Shown here in pieces: positions 61,908 through 64,000 of a DNA stretch of 64,000 nt. How positions within the stretch are numbered: position 1 is the stretch's first letter; each line of letters begins with the position of its first letter. The notes below the pieces were generated by a model that was not told where the DNA came from, made no database searches, and saw nothing but the letters and a program-made list of their open reading frames with translations. The stretch lies in assembly GCA_017539025.1 (NCBI GenBank), contig JAFYHT010000061.1:5211-69210 (forward strand). Direction: 5' to 3'. Origin of the DNA: Erysipelotrichaceae bacterium (GTDB lineage: Bacteria; Bacillota_I; Bacilli_A; Erysipelotrichales; Erysipelotrichaceae). The position numbers and the translations under genes were made by a program.

Positions 61908-63884
61908 CTAGATATTGTTCGCTACCTCGTATGCATCCCAGATAGCCTTCATGATCGTTCCGGCACCCGTCGCATCACCGACTTCATACATCGGAATATT
62001 CAGTTCAGCCCACTCTTCCTTGAGATTCGGAGCCGGTCTGAAACCTAATGCGGAAACAACGGTATCCGCTTTGAACAGTTCTTTTGTACCATCAGCCTTT
62101 TCAACGATCGCACCCTCATCTGTCACTTCAGAAAGTTTGGTATTCGTGAAGACCTTGACACCCTTGTTTTCAAACAGGTCGACGATCATCTGCTTGTTCG
62201 GATAAGGAGCTCCTGCACCACCGGCAGCCATGATGTCCTCCAATGCTTCAACAACTGTGACATCCTTGCCATGGTTCGCCTCATCCAGAGCGATCTCACA
62301 GCCTACCAGACCGCCACCGACGATGACGACCTTCTCACCCAGTTTTTCCGGATGATTGATGCCGTCCAATGATGTGACAGCCTTATCAAGACCAGGGATC
62401 GGCGGAGCTGAGCAATTGGTACCTGTTGCCAGGACGATCGCATCTGCTTCCTGCTTTCTGATGCAGTTGATGCAAGGTTCATGATCCAGTTTGACATCAA
62501 CACCCAGATCTGCGAGTTCTCTCTTGTACCATGCGTTCAGTTTAGCGATCTCAGACTTGAAGCTGTGTGCACCCGCTTCAACGATATGACCGCCGAGGTG
62601 ATCGCTCTTTTCAAACAGAGTGACTTTGTATCCTCTTAAAGCTGAAGTTCTTGCGGCTTCCATACCGGCAACACCGCCGCCGACAACGACGACTTTCTTT
62701 TGTCCATCACCTGGCTTCAAGCCCATGACGAGCTCTCTTGCGGCCTGTGGATTGACTGCACAGGACACCGGTTCACCGGTCTCAACACATCTTCTGAAGC
62801 ATCCCATATTGCATCCGATACACGGCCTGATCTTTTCCGGCTCATCCGCAAAGAGTTTGTTCGGATATTCCGGATCAGCCAGTGAAGGTCTGCCAAGACC
62901 TACTGCATCGATCTCACCTTTTTCAACAGCTTCCTTTGCCAGATCATAATCCTGCATCCTTCCTCCGGCAATGATCGGGATATTCACAACTGCCTTAGCC
63001 TTTGCGGCCAACGGGATCATGAAGCCCTGCGGATTGTACATCGGCGGACATGCATAATAGAAAGAATCATATGTTCCGGTATCGACATCCAGGAAGTTGT
63101 AGCCGTAGCTCTCCAATAATTTAGAGATCTCAACGCCTTCTTCGATGGTTCTGCCGACCTCTTCTTCGCCAGTCAGAGTTGCCTTATCGTAATCTTTGAT
63201 GTAAGTCTTTAAACCAAGTCTCATGCCGACCGGGAAATCATCACCGCATTTTGCGTGGATGCCTTCAACGATCTCCTTGGCGCAGCGAAGTCTCTTCTCT
63301 AAAGTTCCGCCATATTCATCATCTCTTCTGTTGTAGAAAGCCATGCCCATCTGGTCAAGCAGATAGCCCCAGTGCATCGCATGGATCTCAACGCCATCAT
63401 AACCACACGCTTTCGCAACGACAGCGCCATCTACGATATCAGCGATCTTCTGTCTGATCTGTTCAACAGTCAGTTTTGGAGATACCTGATCAGGTGTCCT
63501 CCAGACAGGGTTCTCAGACGGACCAGGTAAACCCGGATAGTTTCTGCCCAGACCCAATGTCAGCTGGCAGAAGATCTTCGTGCCATGTTTGTGAACGGTG
63601 TCAACGAGGACTTTCGCCCTTTCAGCCCAATGCGGATTGGTGTTGACGTTTGGACCTAATGCGGAATATGGATCAACATGGTAGTCAGTTGACGCAGCAC
63701 CCGGAATGATCAGGCCGAAACCGCCTTTCGCTCTTAACTCAAAGTAGTTGATCAGGTTGTCAGAAAAGCCGCCTTCCTCATCGTAAGCCAGTGCTCCCAT
63801 CGTCATCGGGATCACCGCAAAACGATTCTTGATCTCAACATTACAGATCCTGTAAGGCTGATTTAAAACATCGTATTTGCCCAT
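61908..63884 (-). CDS. Old-yellow-enzyme-type NADH:flavin oxidoreductase fused to an FAD/NAD(P) domain (2,4-dienoyl-CoA/enoate reductase family)
   Basis: 658 aa. OYE TIM barrel, 4Fe-4S motif CIGCNMGC..C, and two dinucleotide folds (VVVVGGGVAGMEAA, VVIVGGGLVGCEIA). Confidence 0.85.
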   Translation of the reverse strand: MGKYDVLNQPYRICNVEIKNRFAVIPMTMGALAYDEEGGFSDNLINYFELRAKGGFGLIIPGAASTDYHVDPYSALGPNVNTNPHWAERAKVLVDTVHKHGTKIFCQLTLGLGRNYPGLPGPSENPVWRTPDQVSPKLTVEQIRQKIADIVDGAVVAKACGYDGVEIHAMHWGYLLDQMGMAFYNRRDDEYGGTLEKRLRCAKEIVEGIHAKCGDDFPVGMRLGLKTYIKDYDKATLTGEEEVGRTIEEGVEISKLLESYGYNFLDVDTGTYDSFYYACPPMYNPQGFMIPLAAKAKAVVNIPIIAGGRMQDYDLAKEAVEKGEIDAVGLGRPSLADPEYPNKLFADEPEKIRPCIGCNMGCFRRCVETGEPVSCAVNPQAARELVMGLKPGDGQKKVVVVGGGVAGMEAARTSALRGYKVTLFEKSDHLGGHIVEAGAHSFKSEIAKLNAWYKRELADLGVDVKLDHEPCINCIRKQEADAIVLATGTNCSAPPIPGLDKAVTSLDGINHPEKLGEKVVIVGGGLVGCEIALDEANHGKDVTVVEALEDIMAAGGAGAPYPNKQMIVDLFENKGVKVFTNTKLSEVTDEGAIVEKADGTKELFKADTVVSALGFRPAPNLKEEWAELNIPMYEVGDATGAGTIMKAIWDAYEVANNI

Positions 63885-64000
63885 ATGATATATTCTCCTT
63901 TACGGTTTCATTTTATCATATTCTAAACCCCTGAAATGATGACAAAAAGTACGATTTATTCCTCGATCCAGATCCCCTTTCTGATACTGTGAGAGCTGTT

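Noticed and set aside
1-64000. CRISPR arrays, tandem repeats, IS elements, prophage genes, retron/DGR-like reverse transcriptases, toxin-antitoxin pairs and known defence-system genes.
   Set aside because: Nothing seen on either strand matches them. There are no regularly spaced repeats, no transposase, integrase or RT motifs, and no nuclease, ATPase, SIR2 or TIR-type proteins. This was a visual scan only, so short or degenerate elements could have been missed.

Overview
This is a 64-kb chromosomal window from a Gram-positive, Bacillota-type genome. Supporting signs are lipobox lipoproteins, CcpA-type cre boxes, SD-led genes, a CBS-type family-II pyrophosphatase and a split transketolase. A gut Erysipelotrichia/Clostridia-like anaerobe is only a guess. 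I count about 62 protein genes, roughly three quarters on the minus strand in tight, often translationally coupled operons, plus one tRNA-Ala(CGC). I see no rRNA, CRISPR array, transposase, integrase, phage genes or any known defence system.

Gene content is mostly metabolic:
- Amino-sugar and cell-wall sugar recycling: murQ and three nagA paralogues.
- Sugar uptake: a Glc-family PTS EIICB, a mannose-family PTS IIC/IID/IIB, an orphan EIIA(Man), and an ABC importer with a fused permease.
- Many esterases, HAD phosphatases and Gfo/Idh/MocA oxidoreductases.
- A LysR-linked flavoprotein/redox cluster, DNA repair genes (mutY, tag), and an ECF sigma/DUF4349 pair.

The ORF track sometimes starts ORFs at TTG shown as M. 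Where an ATG with an SD was visible I re-set the start.

The most unusual things I can support from the sequence:
1. Four paralogues of the uncharacterised UPF0309-type SIS family within 6 kb. Three are tandem and coupled (one has degenerate motifs) and lie divergent from an orphan EIIA(Man). The fourth is coupled to a MATE exporter in an operon with Nudix, MDR-dehydrogenase and a HAD-HAD fusion.
2. A PRD-regulator locus in which an alpha-glucoside-type EIICB is paired with an M20 dipeptidase and an RPE-like barrel. An identical 12-mer sits at the same distance upstream of two of these genes.
3. A shared TTCACAYAAT direct-repeat element just upstream of the -35 of two unlinked sugar-uptake promoters.
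4. A low-GC, GATC-poor islet next to the tRNA. It encodes two zinc-ribbon membrane proteins and a small DNA-binding-like protein behind a promoter ringed by TGTGGT repeats.
5. A MalK-like ATPase carrying a ~120-aa insertion.
6. An esterase-esterase-ATP-grasp-GNAT operon.
7. Strong, heterogeneous GATC over-representation.

None of these can be called a new system without database searches and experiments. All family names come from motif recognition by eye.
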